Shown here in pieces: positions 37,457 to 47,109 of a stretch of DNA of 64,000 nt. A program made the position numbers and the translations under genes. How positions within the stretch are numbered: position 1 is the stretch's first letter; every line of letters begins with the position of its first letter. The stretch lies in sequence record LR756502.1. One strand, written 5' to 3'. The notes beneath the pieces were generated by a model. The model was not told where the DNA came from and did not search any database. It saw only the letters and a program-made list of their open reading frames with translations.

Positions 37457-38024
37457 TAGCTGACTTGATAGCTGACTTGGTTGGCTTTTTCTTCTTCCTA
37501 AGTGACTCTTTAGCCAAAAGGAAGTTAGCTTTTAGCTCATCCGATGCTTTATCAATAATTACTTGTGTTTTAGATACACTATCCCATCTATATCTATCAT
37601 ATAGATGACTTGTGAAGTTGTGACATAATAGTATGGATCTTAACCACTCTACATCAGTTGATATATTGAGAAAATATTTTTTATTACTTACTAATAGTGA
37701 TGAGAACGCCTTTTTATCTCCCTGGAATCTTTTCATTCTATCTAGATATCTAATCTTTTCATTACCATCAGGGGTAATTTTTTCATATAAAGATATGAGT
37801 TCATGTATGGCCTGTTCTGTCTTACCCAGCTCACCTAGTATAGACTTTAGCTGGGTATCGCGCTCTTTTGATTTGAAATAATCAACAGCCTTTGAACTAC
37901 CAACCATTGTGTATTCTAGTATTTCTTGTGTGGTTGATGTTGCTGATGTTCTACGTATCATATCCCTCTCATTGCGACACATTCTATAACTCCTGCCTTG
38001 TTTAATTATCCAAATTTTATCCAT
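37449..38024 (-). CDS. Hypothetical protein with an internal C-tail motif
   Basis: Internal RDTQLKSILGE; 12-bp tandem at 37453-37476 gives KSAIKSAIK. Confidence 0.65.
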   Translation of the reverse strand: MDKIWIIKQGRSYRMCRNERDMIRRTSATSTTQEILEYTMVGSSKAVDYFKSKERDTQLKSILGELGKTEQAIHELISLYEKITPDGNEKIRYLDRMKRFQGDKKAFSSLLVSNKKYFLNISTDVEWLRSILLCHNFTSHLYDRYRWDSVSKTQVIIDKASDELKANFLLAKESLRKKKKPTKSAIKSAIK

Positions 38025-38030
38025 CGATAT

Positions 38031-38924
38031 TTATCTTTTAACTATTAATATTTCATGTGAGTCTTTAACAATCTTACTATTGTTTAATTGAATCCTATTT
38101 TTACCTATTCTCTTTTCTCCGTTACCCATTGAATAACTCCACTCTGGATAAAAAAACTCAAATCCTTTATAGTATTCCCTTATAGCTTCGCAATTATTAT
38201 ATGACATTACAAAGTCACCTTTGTGGTTGAGTAGCAAATCCCTTAATAACTCATGATCAAATCCACTATGATGCACATCTATATTCTTCATTGGATACAT
38301 TCCTTTATGCATTTTATTATCCAAACCCTTCTCTAGGAAGTATGGTGGATCTAAATACAAGAAATCATTTTTATGATTTATAATTGATTTATCAAATGTT
38401 AGTTGATTGACCTTTAGTGATGAGCAAGTAAAACTTCTAACACTTTCTATCATCTTATCCCATTTATCTTTTTTTAGATATACACTACTACCCCACCCTA
38501 GATAACCTGGTCCATATGAGCAGTTATGGTTAAAGTAATAGTAGGCAGCTCTAGTTATATCATCAAGTGTTACTATATTTTCTCTCTTATAGTAGTCTGT
38601 GTTCCAATCCTTTAACATCTCTTGTGTTTTATCCAAACTAAGTAGAACTTCTTTAATTGAAGCATATTCTTTAATAGTTGGGTCTATCATCATCATTTTA
38701 TCAGCCAACTCCTTTGGACTGTTTAGTAATACATTCCAGAAATTAACCAACATATCAAAGATATCATATCCAATAACTTCTTTATTTAGATTTCCCGCCC
38801 AATGTACTTCCAGTGATCCACCACCAATAAAAGGAGATACTATCTTATCATATCCAATTACATATGGTGTAATCTTATCAATAGCTTTACTCTTACCACC
38901 TGGATATCTTATTAAAGTCTTCAT
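38031..38924 (-). CDS. dam: DNA adenine methyltransferase (Dam/D12 class)
   Basis: RYPGGKS, SPFIGGGS, YLDPPY and SYN motifs. Confidence 0.9.
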   Translation of the reverse strand: MKTLIRYPGGKSKAIDKITPYVIGYDKIVSPFIGGGSLEVHWAGNLNKEVIGYDIFDMLVNFWNVLLNSPKELADKMMMIDPTIKEYASIKEVLLSLDKTQEMLKDWNTDYYKRENIVTLDDITRAAYYYFNHNCSYGPGYLGWGSSVYLKKDKWDKMIESVRSFTCSSLKVNQLTFDKSIINHKNDFLYLDPPYFLEKGLDNKMHKGMYPMKNIDVHHSGFDHELLRDLLLNHKGDFVMSYNNCEAIREYYKGFEFFYPEWSYSMGNGEKRIGKNRIQLNNSKIVKDSHEILIVKR

Positions 38925-38953
38925 TGTTGTTATATAAACAAATAAATAGAAAG

Positions 38954-39598
38954 TTATTCTATTATTTTTCTTATTTTAATATTTCTAAGTTCTGATTTAA
39001 CCCAATCATCTGATGGTCTTGGCTCATCACCATCAACATCCAATGACCAGTGATCTCCCTCATTAAAGTATTGACAGGTACTTGCCATACCAAGTGAGTA
39101 GCTATCAGTATCATCAAACATATCAGCTAGACAGCTAATATTAGTTCCCTCTACTGTATAGTTAGAGTATCCATGATCCTGATACACACAAAATTTACAG
39201 TCGTCACAAGATTTATAATTTCTAGCAAAGTCAATATCTTTAATTATTTGCTCTTTTGATTCATCCAGTGATTTGAATATTATTTGGTTCCTTATTTTAT
39301 AGATAAGCTCTATTTGAATATCCTTATCATATATATCTTCATTGAAGTCAATTATATGCGTCTCAAGTATATACTCACGCCATTTACCACCACTTGAGTT
39401 ATTTGATATACCACAGATGGCAAAATATTTTATGTTATTAACATACACTCTAACATACCACGATCCTTCTTTACCACTTAGAAACCCAAAGATATTTCCA
39501 CCATATCCCGTGTCATTTTTTGATATAACTGAATTAGCAGTTGCGAACCCTAGTATTCTCTTACCTCTTCCCTTACCTCTAACTACTCTTACTTTCAT
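38954..39598 (-). CDS. Riboflavin kinase domain fused to a Cys-rich domain and C-tail
   Basis: VVRGKGRGKRILGFATAN, ETHIIDFNEDIY and FKSLDESKEQIIKD (RibF kinase half); CDDCKFC; ends RNIKIRKIIE. Confidence 0.85.
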   Translation of the reverse strand: MKVRVVRGKGRGKRILGFATANSVISKNDTGYGGNIFGFLSGKEGSWYVRVYVNNIKYFAICGISNNSSGGKWREYILETHIIDFNEDIYDKDIQIELIYKIRNQIIFKSLDESKEQIIKDIDFARNYKSCDDCKFCVYQDHGYSNYTVEGTNISCLADMFDDTDSYSLGMASTCQYFNEGDHWSLDVDGDEPRPSDDWVKSELRNIKIRKIIE

Positions 39599-39813
39599 AT
39601 TCCTAACTCCTTTATCTTAAAATCTCTTATATCTACCAATAACTTCAATTCATATTCGCTCCTTTCTATGGAAATTATCTTCTCAAAGGGAGCCCTATAG
39701 ATAATAACAATCCTATCACCTGATGAAAAGAAGGCATTATCAAACACCAAAAAAGAATGTATATCTATATCAGGTATAAATGTTTTTAATATTTTATAGT
39801 CAAAGCGTTCCAT
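39595..39813 (-). CDS. C-tail small protein (start revised to 39813)
   Basis: MERFDYK...RDFKIKELGI. Confidence 0.65.
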   Translation of the reverse strand: MERFDYKILKTFIPDIDIHSFLVFDNAFFSSGDRIVIIYRAPFEKIISIERSEYELKLLVDIRDFKIKELGI

Positions 39814-39838
39814 TTTGTGGAATAGATTTTGGTTTCCA

Positions 39839-39846
39839 CAAACATA
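39839..39846 (-). promoter_or_regulatory. Bacteroidota-type TAnnTTTG promoter
   Basis: TATGTTTG on the minus strand, upstream of 39813, the riboflavin kinase gene and dam. Confidence 0.55.
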
Positions 39847-39908
39847 AGGATTTTTGTAGAAATCACCAAATAAATATATTCCACAAAATCTAATATATAG
39901 ATATAGAA

Positions 39909-40379
39909 ATGAGACATATAAAAGCATATAAGATATTTGAGTCGGATGTTAATTACCTTGACACAATAGTGGATATTCTACAATATTCTGCTGATCTTGG
40001 ATTGGATGTTGGATTACTCACAAATTCGAATGGTTATGATGATCCGATTATGTTAACTAAACATAATATTATGTTATCACCATCCAGAGAGGAAGTTGAA
40101 GTTATAAGAGTATTTATTGAACACAACCCTCCCGAATATAGTGACATTGTGTTTAAGTATAAGGACATTAAGGATGATGTTAATCATTTAATAAGATATA
40201 TGAAACAAATTGGATATAATGATTATTTATATCAAGATCAATATACTGAGTTTAACTATGCAAGGCCAATAAAGAAAGATGCATATGGTTATCCAATTAG
40301 CACTGTATGTGCTATACCAAATATAGTACCAAATGATGACGATAATATAGGAGTTATTAAAATAACATTCTATAGGTAA
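39909..40379 (+). CDS. N-tagged DILxDLxDxG-family protein
   Basis: MRHIKAYKIFES; FKYKDIKDDVNHLIRYMKQIGY; TAATATATA at 39891-39899. Confidence 0.7.
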   Translation: MRHIKAYKIFESDVNYLDTIVDILQYSADLGLDVGLLTNSNGYDDPIMLTKHNIMLSPSREEVEVIRVFIEHNPPEYSDIVFKYKDIKDDVNHLIRYMKQIGYNDYLYQDQYTEFNYARPIKKDAYGYPISTVCAIPNIVPNDDDNIGVIKITFYR

Positions 40380-40412
40380 AAATAAATATATAATAAAAAA
40401 GAAATACCAAAT

Positions 40413-40802
40413 ATGTCTAAGAAAGTTAAACCAATTAATGAAGAAGTTAAAATATCCGAGTATGAAGTGAAATTAGATCAAGCGGATAGTATAATAACAA
40501 AGACATGGAATATACTAAAGAAACATTGGGGTAAGTTATTAATATTCCTTTTAATCTATGGTTGTTATAAATTTGTTGTTGCTGTTGCTAATACGGATGT
40601 AAATAAATATCCAACTGAGGAGGTTATACAAACTGAGCCAGTCAACGACACAAAATCATCTGAAGTTAACCAAGAGCTTGAATATCCAACAACGCAGCTT
40701 GATGAAGTATATCTTGTTAGAGAATATGAGGAGTATCAAGACGATGGATCCATCGAGGTTATGCAAGTATGGAGTGATAGTACTAAAACTGTTAAGCAAT
40801 AA
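40413..40802 (+). CDS. Single-TM membrane protein
   Basis: WGKLLIFLLIYGCYKFVVAVA; acidic C-terminal domain. Confidence 0.65.
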   Translation: MSKKVKPINEEVKISEYEVKLDQADSIITKTWNILKKHWGKLLIFLLIYGCYKFVVAVANTDVNKYPTEEVIQTEPVNDTKSSEVNQELEYPTTQLDEVYLVREYEEYQDDGSIEVMQVWSDSTKTVKQ

Positions 40803-41347
40803 TGAAGTATATTAGAAAAATATTTGAAGCGGATAATACCTGGATAGACTATGATAGGTTTAATAGAGATCATAGTTATCGTTATTCGTTAAGACCTGGA
40901 ATTTTTAAAAAGGTAATGGATGAGATGCATGATGAGATAATAGAATTTTTTTATTCTATTATTGATGATGTTCCAGAGATATCTAACCCAGTTAACAAAG
41001 GGGATGATAATTATTATACTTTCAGAGTATCTGATAACTTTTATAGACTAGGAAAAAATGATTTTATTTCTAGTAGTAATACACTTGGTCGTGATTCAAA
41101 AGACTTCGCATTTATTATAAGAATTAACTTAGTTGACTTTGATGATAGTATTATTAAAGATATTAAATCTATATATGATAATATAAATGACTCTGGGTAC
41201 AGATGTCACTATGAATCCAGTATAACCACATCAGAATCAAATTACCCAGAATGTGCGAAAAGAAGATATAGTGTTAAATTCCTAATTTACACAAATGATA
41301 TGATGGATAGAATAGGAATAGATATAAATAAAATTCATCCGGATTGA
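40802..41347 (+). CDS. N-tagged protein
   Basis: MKYIRKIFEA. Confidence 0.65.
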   Translation: MKYIRKIFEADNTWIDYDRFNRDHSYRYSLRPGIFKKVMDEMHDEIIEFFYSIIDDVPEISNPVNKGDDNYYTFRVSDNFYRLGKNDFISSSNTLGRDSKDFAFIIRINLVDFDDSIIKDIKSIYDNINDSGYRCHYESSITTSESNYPECAKRRYSVKFLIYTNDMMDRIGIDINKIHPD

Positions 41348-41883
41348 AATATTTAAATACATATAAACTATTTGAAAGTAATTCCGAAGATACTGATGTA
41401 CTAATGGATTTGTTAAGGAATGATCTAGAAGATATATCATCACCTCTTTTTAATATAGATGATATTTTAATGTCTAAATGTGATTTTGGTTTTAAGACTG
41501 ATGGTAATCCAAAAAGGTTCCCTGATATTGAATACGAAAGTACTGGGTGTGTTATAAATGATCAAATTGATCCAATTGATTTTTCTGAGGTAATCGTAAA
41601 TAAGTATGCTTATACTAGATTGGGATTTCCTAGGAAATCGGTTAGTAAAAAGAAAAATGGACTAGCTCTGTTAGTTGATCCTGAAAAGGGAGATACTGAT
41701 GACTTCTATGATAATTATGATGGTACTTTTGCTGAGTTTAATGATGGTGTTATGCAAAAAGTATATGATACTCTGAATATAGAAAGGTTTAACTCATATG
41801 GATTTGAGGTTGTTAAATTAACAGGACCACATTCTATAAAAATTATATTGATTTATAAAAATGAAATACCTAGAGAAATATAA
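41344..41883 (+). CDS. N-tagged protein (TTG start)
   Basis: MKYLNTYKLFES. Confidence 0.65.
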   Translation: MKYLNTYKLFESNSEDTDVLMDLLRNDLEDISSPLFNIDDILMSKCDFGFKTDGNPKRFPDIEYESTGCVINDQIDPIDFSEVIVNKYAYTRLGFPRKSVSKKKNGLALLVDPEKGDTDDFYDNYDGTFAEFNDGVMQKVYDTLNIERFNSYGFEVVKLTGPHSIKIILIYKNEIPREI

Positions 41884-42517
41884 AATATTTGAGTCATATC
41901 TAAAAAGTAGAAATATACCACCTAGCTTCATCAGCTTTGATAGTATTGGTAGGGTATTTGATCCATATACTGGATATCTTTATTGTAAATTAAAAGATGG
42001 TGGATATGAACATGAGAACCCAGAGGAGTATACTGACTTTGATGACCATCTTAGTCCAGAATATCTAAGTATAATTAAGAGCCATTTAACCAATTCAAAG
42101 CCTTTGATTGATTATAATGAGGACTTAATACAATCCGCTAAGGATTTATCACTTGAATATACTGATGATGGATACACACTTCTTATTAGTTTAGATTTGA
42201 TGAGGGATGACAACTATGGATTTGATACTGGGGTAACAGTTAACCCACCAGAGTTTAAGCTAAGAATTGCTGAAATTTTATTTAATAATAGCATAGATGA
42301 TGAAAAGTGGTTAGATTTATCACCATATTATGTAGAGTCCATAAAATCTTGTAACTCGATAAGATATTGCATATCCATTTTGAAGGATAGTAAATATACT
42401 AGTCTTAATAAATCAAAACATTCTTCATACACACACGGTGAATATTCTAAAGAACTGATTGGTGTGCTAAGAAATATGTACCCTACTGAGAATATAAGAA
42501 ATCATTATACCTGGTAG
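41861..42517 (+). CDS. N-tagged protein, paralog of the C-terminal half of 20622-21692
   Basis: MKYLEKYKIFES; SIGRVFDPYTGYLY; AKDLSLEYTDDGY. Confidence 0.7.
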   Translation: MKYLEKYKIFESYLKSRNIPPSFISFDSIGRVFDPYTGYLYCKLKDGGYEHENPEEYTDFDDHLSPEYLSIIKSHLTNSKPLIDYNEDLIQSAKDLSLEYTDDGYTLLISLDLMRDDNYGFDTGVTVNPPEFKLRIAEILFNNSIDDEKWLDLSPYYVESIKSCNSIRYCISILKDSKYTSLNKSKHSSYTHGEYSKELIGVLRNMYPTENIRNHYTW

Positions 42518-42538
42518 ATAATTTTAATATATAATTTA

Positions 42539-42883
42539 ATGATTGATATGGATTACATATTTGTATATGGTGTTTTTAGAGACGCATCACACGATCTTTT
42601 AGAGAAAGCAATTTTCTGCGATAAAGCATTTGTATTTGGTCGAATATATCAAGTTAATGAATTTTACCCAGGTTATATTAGATCTGATTGTGATAATAAA
42701 GTACATGGTGATATCTATTTAGTAGACTCTGCTATTCTAGACGGATTAGATGAGTTTGAAGGTGATGAGTATGTTCGTAAGAAGATATGGTGTAGTATTG
42801 GTGAAGAGGTATGGATATATGAGTATAAGTATGATATTTCCGGATTCAAAGAAGTTATTGGTGGTGATTGGATATTAAGATAA
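42539..42883 (+). CDS. Gamma-glutamylcyclotransferase (AIG2/YtfP-like)
   Basis: IFVYGVFR, FYPG, VHGDIYLV and LDEFEG motifs. Confidence 0.85.
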   Translation: MIDMDYIFVYGVFRDASHDLLEKAIFCDKAFVFGRIYQVNEFYPGYIRSDCDNKVHGDIYLVDSAILDGLDEFEGDEYVRKKIWCSIGEEVWIYEYKYDISGFKEVIGGDWILR

Positions 42884-42884
42884 A

Positions 42885-43442
42885 TTATAACACTAAAATA
42901 GTAATATCTATTCTCTTATACTTTACTCCTTCTCTCATATATTTTATAATACTTTCTAGTTTAACAATACTCTCTAATGTCCTTTGTGATAATGGAATTA
43001 TTGGTGAAGTTTGATTATTATTAGTATCTGTATACTTATGAGTTATTGAAGACTTTATACGTTGTCCATTTAATTTTGATAAAGAATTTTTGGCACACTC
43101 CTCAAATTTATTAACAATACTAGTCCACCCAGACACACCATTCTCGATATCCCACGATTCACCATTTGGTGTAAATGAAAAAACATATGATCGTTGTAGT
43201 GTATCACCATCAATTGTGTGGTCTGCATCATGAACTTTTTGATTTGGAAAATCATCTGTTAGGTCATACATACACTCATCAACAATTGTAAAATACTCTT
43301 TCTTTAATTCTTTTATATCCTCTTCGGCTTTACTTTTAATATCATTAATTTTCATTTTATATTTTAATCCTGGTCGTAATAGATTATCTGCTTTTGAGAA
43401 GTCAATGGCCTCGAATACTTTGTATGTTTTTATACGTTTCAT
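42885..43442 (-). CDS. N-tagged protein (start revised to 43442), paralog of 47531-48049
   Basis: MKRIKTYKVFEA; YFTIVDECMYDLTDDF. Confidence 0.7.
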   Translation of the reverse strand: MKRIKTYKVFEAIDFSKADNLLRPGLKYKMKINDIKSKAEEDIKELKKEYFTIVDECMYDLTDDFPNQKVHDADHTIDGDTLQRSYVFSFTPNGESWDIENGVSGWTSIVNKFEECAKNSLSKLNGQRIKSSITHKYTDTNNNQTSPIIPLSQRTLESIVKLESIIKYMREGVKYKRIDITILVL

Positions 43443-43485
43443 TGTTAGTATATATAAAAATTGAATAAACATTTCATAACTAAGT

Positions 43486-44010
43486 ATGTATAATCTTATT
43501 ATGGAAATAAAATCAAAATATAAATTATTTGGAGGGTATGGTATTCTTTTATCAATTAATTGGTATATAGCTACACTACCTTGGACAACATTCCCAAATG
43601 CAAAAATTAATCCATTCAATACAGAGGTTTGGGAACATGGTGCGAATATATTAATGATGTGTATTTTCTTTGGAATACAATCGATTTTTTTACTATTGCT
43701 AATGACACAGTGTAAGAGCATATCAGTATCTAAGGAAGGAATTACATTTACAACTCCATTATTACCATTTCATAAGAAACGGAAGTGGTCCGACTATGAT
43801 TCTTTTTTAATAGTCAATGAAAGATCGACATGGGCTGAATATGAATCGATATGGTTGATAAAGGACAACAAGCTTAAGGATAGAATATCAATATTCTACT
43901 ATTCAAACTATCAGGATATAAAGGAGAATATAAACGGCAATAAATATGAACAAGTGGATATTGGTCAGTTTAGGCAGTTGTTGATTTGGTTTGGATATGA
44001 CGTTAGGTAA
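43486..44010 (+). CDS. 2-TM membrane protein with a PH-like domain (tentative)
   Basis: Two TM helices, then SISVSKEGITF...KWSDY. Confidence 0.5.
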   Translation: MYNLIMEIKSKYKLFGGYGILLSINWYIATLPWTTFPNAKINPFNTEVWEHGANILMMCIFFGIQSIFLLLLMTQCKSISVSKEGITFTTPLLPFHKKRKWSDYDSFLIVNERSTWAEYESIWLIKDNKLKDRISIFYYSNYQDIKENINGNKYEQVDIGQFRQLLIWFGYDVR

Positions 44011-44126
44011 AAATTTTTTTTCTTACGAGGCGAAAAAATTTTTTAAACTGACGCCGTCAGAAAATATATAATAAATAAAATAGAATCAGAGCTCTAATTT
44101 AGAGTTTATTATTAATATATAACTAA

Positions 44127-44954
44127 ATGAAATACATAAATAGTTATAAATTATTTGAAGAATCAGCTATCAAAACGGATAAATCGTTTGATTCTGTTGT
44201 TAAAGATGTATTAGCTGATCTTATAGATGAATATGTTTTTGTTGAGACTGCTCCTGGTCCATCACATAGACCAGATGTATATTATGTACTGATTAGATCA
44301 TCTGCCAATAAAATTACCATCGGACCAAAAGGTGATTTGATGGATATATCATCAAGCTTAACACAGTTGGTTTCATTTTTAGATAGTGATTATCTTTTAA
44401 CCGGATTGGATGTTGTTTGGATGGACACATCAAATAGTAAGCATAAGTTTAGTGAGATTATTTCCGATGTCATCACATACCCCTCTTCTACAGGTCAACC
44501 GAAAATAAAAAATGGAGAGAAGTTCTTCTCAAATTGTATTAAGCTGTTTTACCAAAATCACTATTTTGAGAACAATAAATTTAAATCGGTATCTGATGTA
44601 AGATTGGAATTTAGAAGAAGTAATGAGTCGGTACTTAATTATAAATTATCTAAGAGTGAATTTCATTTACTACATTCCGATTCTGAAAAAACAGTTGTAC
44701 TTGATAAATTTCTAAATGATACTAGCCGTTTTTATTACATTCTGTTTAAGAATAGTAAAATAGGTGCATTAAAATTGGTGTATGATTTGAATTCAAGAAG
44801 TAAACAGAATTTCAGAGTGTATGATAACTACAACGCCGAGATAGATTTTAATAAATTAGATATCTACTTGATGCAAAATGATATGAGATATGGTACATTT
44901 AATGATGCCTGGTATTATATCGAGGATGATTTTAATAATCAAGGATATCACTAA
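44127..44954 (+). CDS. N-tagged two-module family protein
   Basis: MKYINSYKLFEE; VKDVLADLIDE; internal RSNES; TAATATATA at 44113-44121. Confidence 0.7.
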   Translation: MKYINSYKLFEESAIKTDKSFDSVVKDVLADLIDEYVFVETAPGPSHRPDVYYVLIRSSANKITIGPKGDLMDISSSLTQLVSFLDSDYLLTGLDVVWMDTSNSKHKFSEIISDVITYPSSTGQPKIKNGEKFFSNCIKLFYQNHYFENNKFKSVSDVRLEFRRSNESVLNYKLSKSEFHLLHSDSEKTVVLDKFLNDTSRFYYILFKNSKIGALKLVYDLNSRSKQNFRVYDNYNAEIDFNKLDIYLMQNDMRYGTFNDAWYYIEDDFNNQGYH

Positions 44955-45363
44955 TTTTATTCTCTCTTATTCTTCTGTTGATTGTTAATACTACATCTTG
45001 TATATCTGTAGCATAGTCAAATAACTTAACACTACAACCATCGACCTCCAATATCTTAACACCACTAAAATCAGATGTTACATGATTTATTATATTTATA
45101 ATAATTGGTTCAGTTGTTGGTAATTTATCTGCAGATCTACCAATTGGTTTGAATAACTCATTCTCAATGCAAACTGAATTATTAACATCATTGATGTCAA
45201 TAAGTGATAGTATGTCACCATTAATAGTATCAAAAAGTATATAACAATGTTCGACTGGGATATTATAATATGTTGCAGCGGATGATCCAGATTGATATTT
45301 TTGAATTGCGATATATTTTATTTCCTTATTCAATTGCTGATAATGAGTACTCATCATCTTCAT
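44932..45363 (-). CDS. C-tail protein
   Basis: Ends RENKISDILDY. Confidence 0.7.
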   Translation of the reverse strand: MKMMSTHYQQLNKEIKYIAIQKYQSGSSAATYYNIPVEHCYILFDTINGDILSLIDINDVNNSVCIENELFKPIGRSADKLPTTEPIIINIINHVTSDFSGVKILEVDGCSVKLFDYATDIQDVVLTINRRIRENKISDILDY

Positions 45364-45476
45364 TAAAATACTCTTGGTTCATTGCAGTTTGAACATGTGT
45401 ATCCAAATTCTGGATTACTTGTATCACACTTAGGGCAGGTCCAAGCTCTGTAAATGCATTTTATTAGCTTAATCAT
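45363..45476 (-). CDS. RanBP2-type zinc-finger microprotein (37 aa, not in ORF track)
   Basis: MIKLIKCIYRAWTCPKCDTSNPEFGYTCSNCNEPRVF matches W-x-C-x2-C-x3-N-x6-C-x2-C; TAATG coupling. Confidence 0.75.
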   Translation of the reverse strand: MIKLIKCIYRAWTCPKCDTSNPEFGYTCSNCNEPRVF

Positions 45477-45489
45477 AGATATTATTTAT

Positions 45490-45948
45490 TTATTTATTTA
45501 TTAATGTATATATTGAATCTAGTTGATCTTTATTCCACCCTGGTGTGAACTCTGTTATACTTATGTTTCTGGAATCTGACTTAATTCTTAGTGTCCATGC
45601 ATCTGGTCTTCTACTCCTACTTTCTACCTTATATGTTATTGTTGATTCGGATATTATAAATGTTTTTGTTTTTACCTTATTATATAGTGTGAGTGAGTCA
45701 ATTGTTATATTGGATAAATTGTTGATAGATACTTTAGTTATTACTCTGGCTGTAAAAAACATTGATAATAAAAAAGATAAAACTAAGAACTCATATATCA
45801 GAAATGATTGAAAGTAGTTTTTCATAAAAACATTTGGTGCTAATAGGAATAGTGGTATACTAATTATGAATATTATAATTAGAGATGATATATTCTTTCG
45901 AATAATATCTTTTTCACTTATTGCATTTAAAAATGATGACTCCTTCAT
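45490..45948 (-). CDS. 2-TM membrane protein with a PH-like domain (tentative)
   Basis: Two TM helices followed by a beta-rich domain. Confidence 0.5.
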   Translation of the reverse strand: MKESSFLNAISEKDIIRKNISSLIIIFIISIPLFLLAPNVFMKNYFQSFLIYEFLVLSFLLSMFFTARVITKVSINNLSNITIDSLTLYNKVKTKTFIISESTITYKVESRSRRPDAWTLRIKSDSRNISITEFTPGWNKDQLDSIYTLINK

Positions 45949-46019
45949 TTTATTTATATTGTAATTTAATTAGAATGTTGTAATTTAAACTTAAAGTATA
46001 TTTATGGATATAATTAACT

Positions 46020-46424
46020 ATGATGTTAAAATTAAACATATCTGGATATAAATGTGGTGACTTTATTGTTGGTAATACGTATGACTTTACACATAATATC
46101 GGATCTTTGGTCAAGCTTAGTTATGTTGGTGATTCTAAAATAGATAAATGGCCAATATTTCAATACAAGAGAGATTTAAATAATTTAAATACTCACAAAG
46201 TAATTGAGTATAAGGACATGTGTGGTCGTGAATTGCTAGATGTTTGTGTTATTACTCCACTAGAGAATCAGAATTCTAGTAGATTCCTAAATAATAAGGA
46301 TAAAATAAATGACATATTATTAAAAAATGCAATGAATCAATTTGGGTTTAATCTAGATGATATAGATGATGATGATAAGGTTAAATCAATATTGAGGCAA
46401 ATTATTCTATCCGATATATTATGA
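46020..46424 (+). CDS. C-tail protein
   Basis: Ends RQIILSDIL. Confidence 0.65.
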   Translation: MMLKLNISGYKCGDFIVGNTYDFTHNIGSLVKLSYVGDSKIDKWPIFQYKRDLNNLNTHKVIEYKDMCGRELLDVCVITPLENQNSSRFLNNKDKINDILLKNAMNQFGFNLDDIDDDDKVKSILRQIILSDIL

Positions 46425-46648
46425 AAAGTGGTATAATAAAAATAGGCGATATTGTTAAATTTACAGATACATTTATTAGTGAGTGGATGTCTCTTGGGTT
46501 AATATCTGAGGAAGATGAGAGTTGGTGGCATGATCAACATATAGTAACTGAGGTTGGATATGAAGATAATGAAGAATATGTAATACTTGACAATGATGAA
46601 AATACATATACCAGTACAAGTGATGATAACTTTATCATTATTAATTAA
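46421..46648 (+). CDS. Acidic KOW/SH3-like protein
   Basis: IKIGDIVKF. Confidence 0.6.
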   Translation: MKSGIIKIGDIVKFTDTFISEWMSLGLISEEDESWWHDQHIVTEVGYEDNEEYVILDNDENTYTSTSDDNFIIIN

Positions 46649-47105
46649 TTACATCATCTATCTTACTATCTCTTTCGCTTTGGATATCGATATATCCACT
46701 CCAATTCTTTATTAGCTTCTTAGTTTCATCTTTTCTGGTCTTATCCCTGTATATTACATCATATTTAGTTTTTATCCAAGACTTCATTGAATCTACGTTG
46801 GTAAACCAGTGTTCATCTAAATTATCAACATATATTATTTTATCTTGATAAAGGAATACTTTTACATTCGATGATCCTTTCCTAATAACAATATAGAATC
46901 TACCATAATCGGTCTTTACTCTTTTTATACAACCGATATACATGAACATTTTTATAAAGGATATCTCACCATCAATAGATAATATGACGTCCGCTACTAC
47001 TAGTATAGGAATAAGTAAATACATGAAGAAAAATAAGGGGTTATGTATACCAAGCCAAGTGGCGATTAGTATATAACTGGTAATTATGATCATTGGTCTT
47101 GGCAT
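46641..47105 (-). CDS. C-tail membrane protein
   Basis: N-terminal TM pair; ends RDSKIDDVIN. Confidence 0.7.
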   Translation of the reverse strand: MPRPMIIITSYILIATWLGIHNPLFFFMYLLIPILVVADVILSIDGEISFIKMFMYIGCIKRVKTDYGRFYIVIRKGSSNVKVFLYQDKIIYVDNLDEHWFTNVDSMKSWIKTKYDVIYRDKTRKDETKKLIKNWSGYIDIQSERDSKIDDVIN

Positions 47106-47109
47106 ATTT

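Noticed and set aside
38031-38924. Dam methylase as part of a restriction-modification system
   Set aside because: No cognate restriction endonuclease is adjacent, and orphan Dam genes are routine in large phages.
42885-43721. Long N-terminal extensions in the track (43721, 54701, 56408, 39927, 29899, 28930, 22681, 31740)
   Set aside because: The extensions overlap neighbouring genes or promoters; the tag-bearing or promoter-proximal ATG downstream is the better start.
44009-44060. A/T-tract inverted repeat and the CTGACG-C-CGTCAG palindrome
   Set aside because: Possibly a terminator or operator, but short, imperfect and single-copy; insufficient support.
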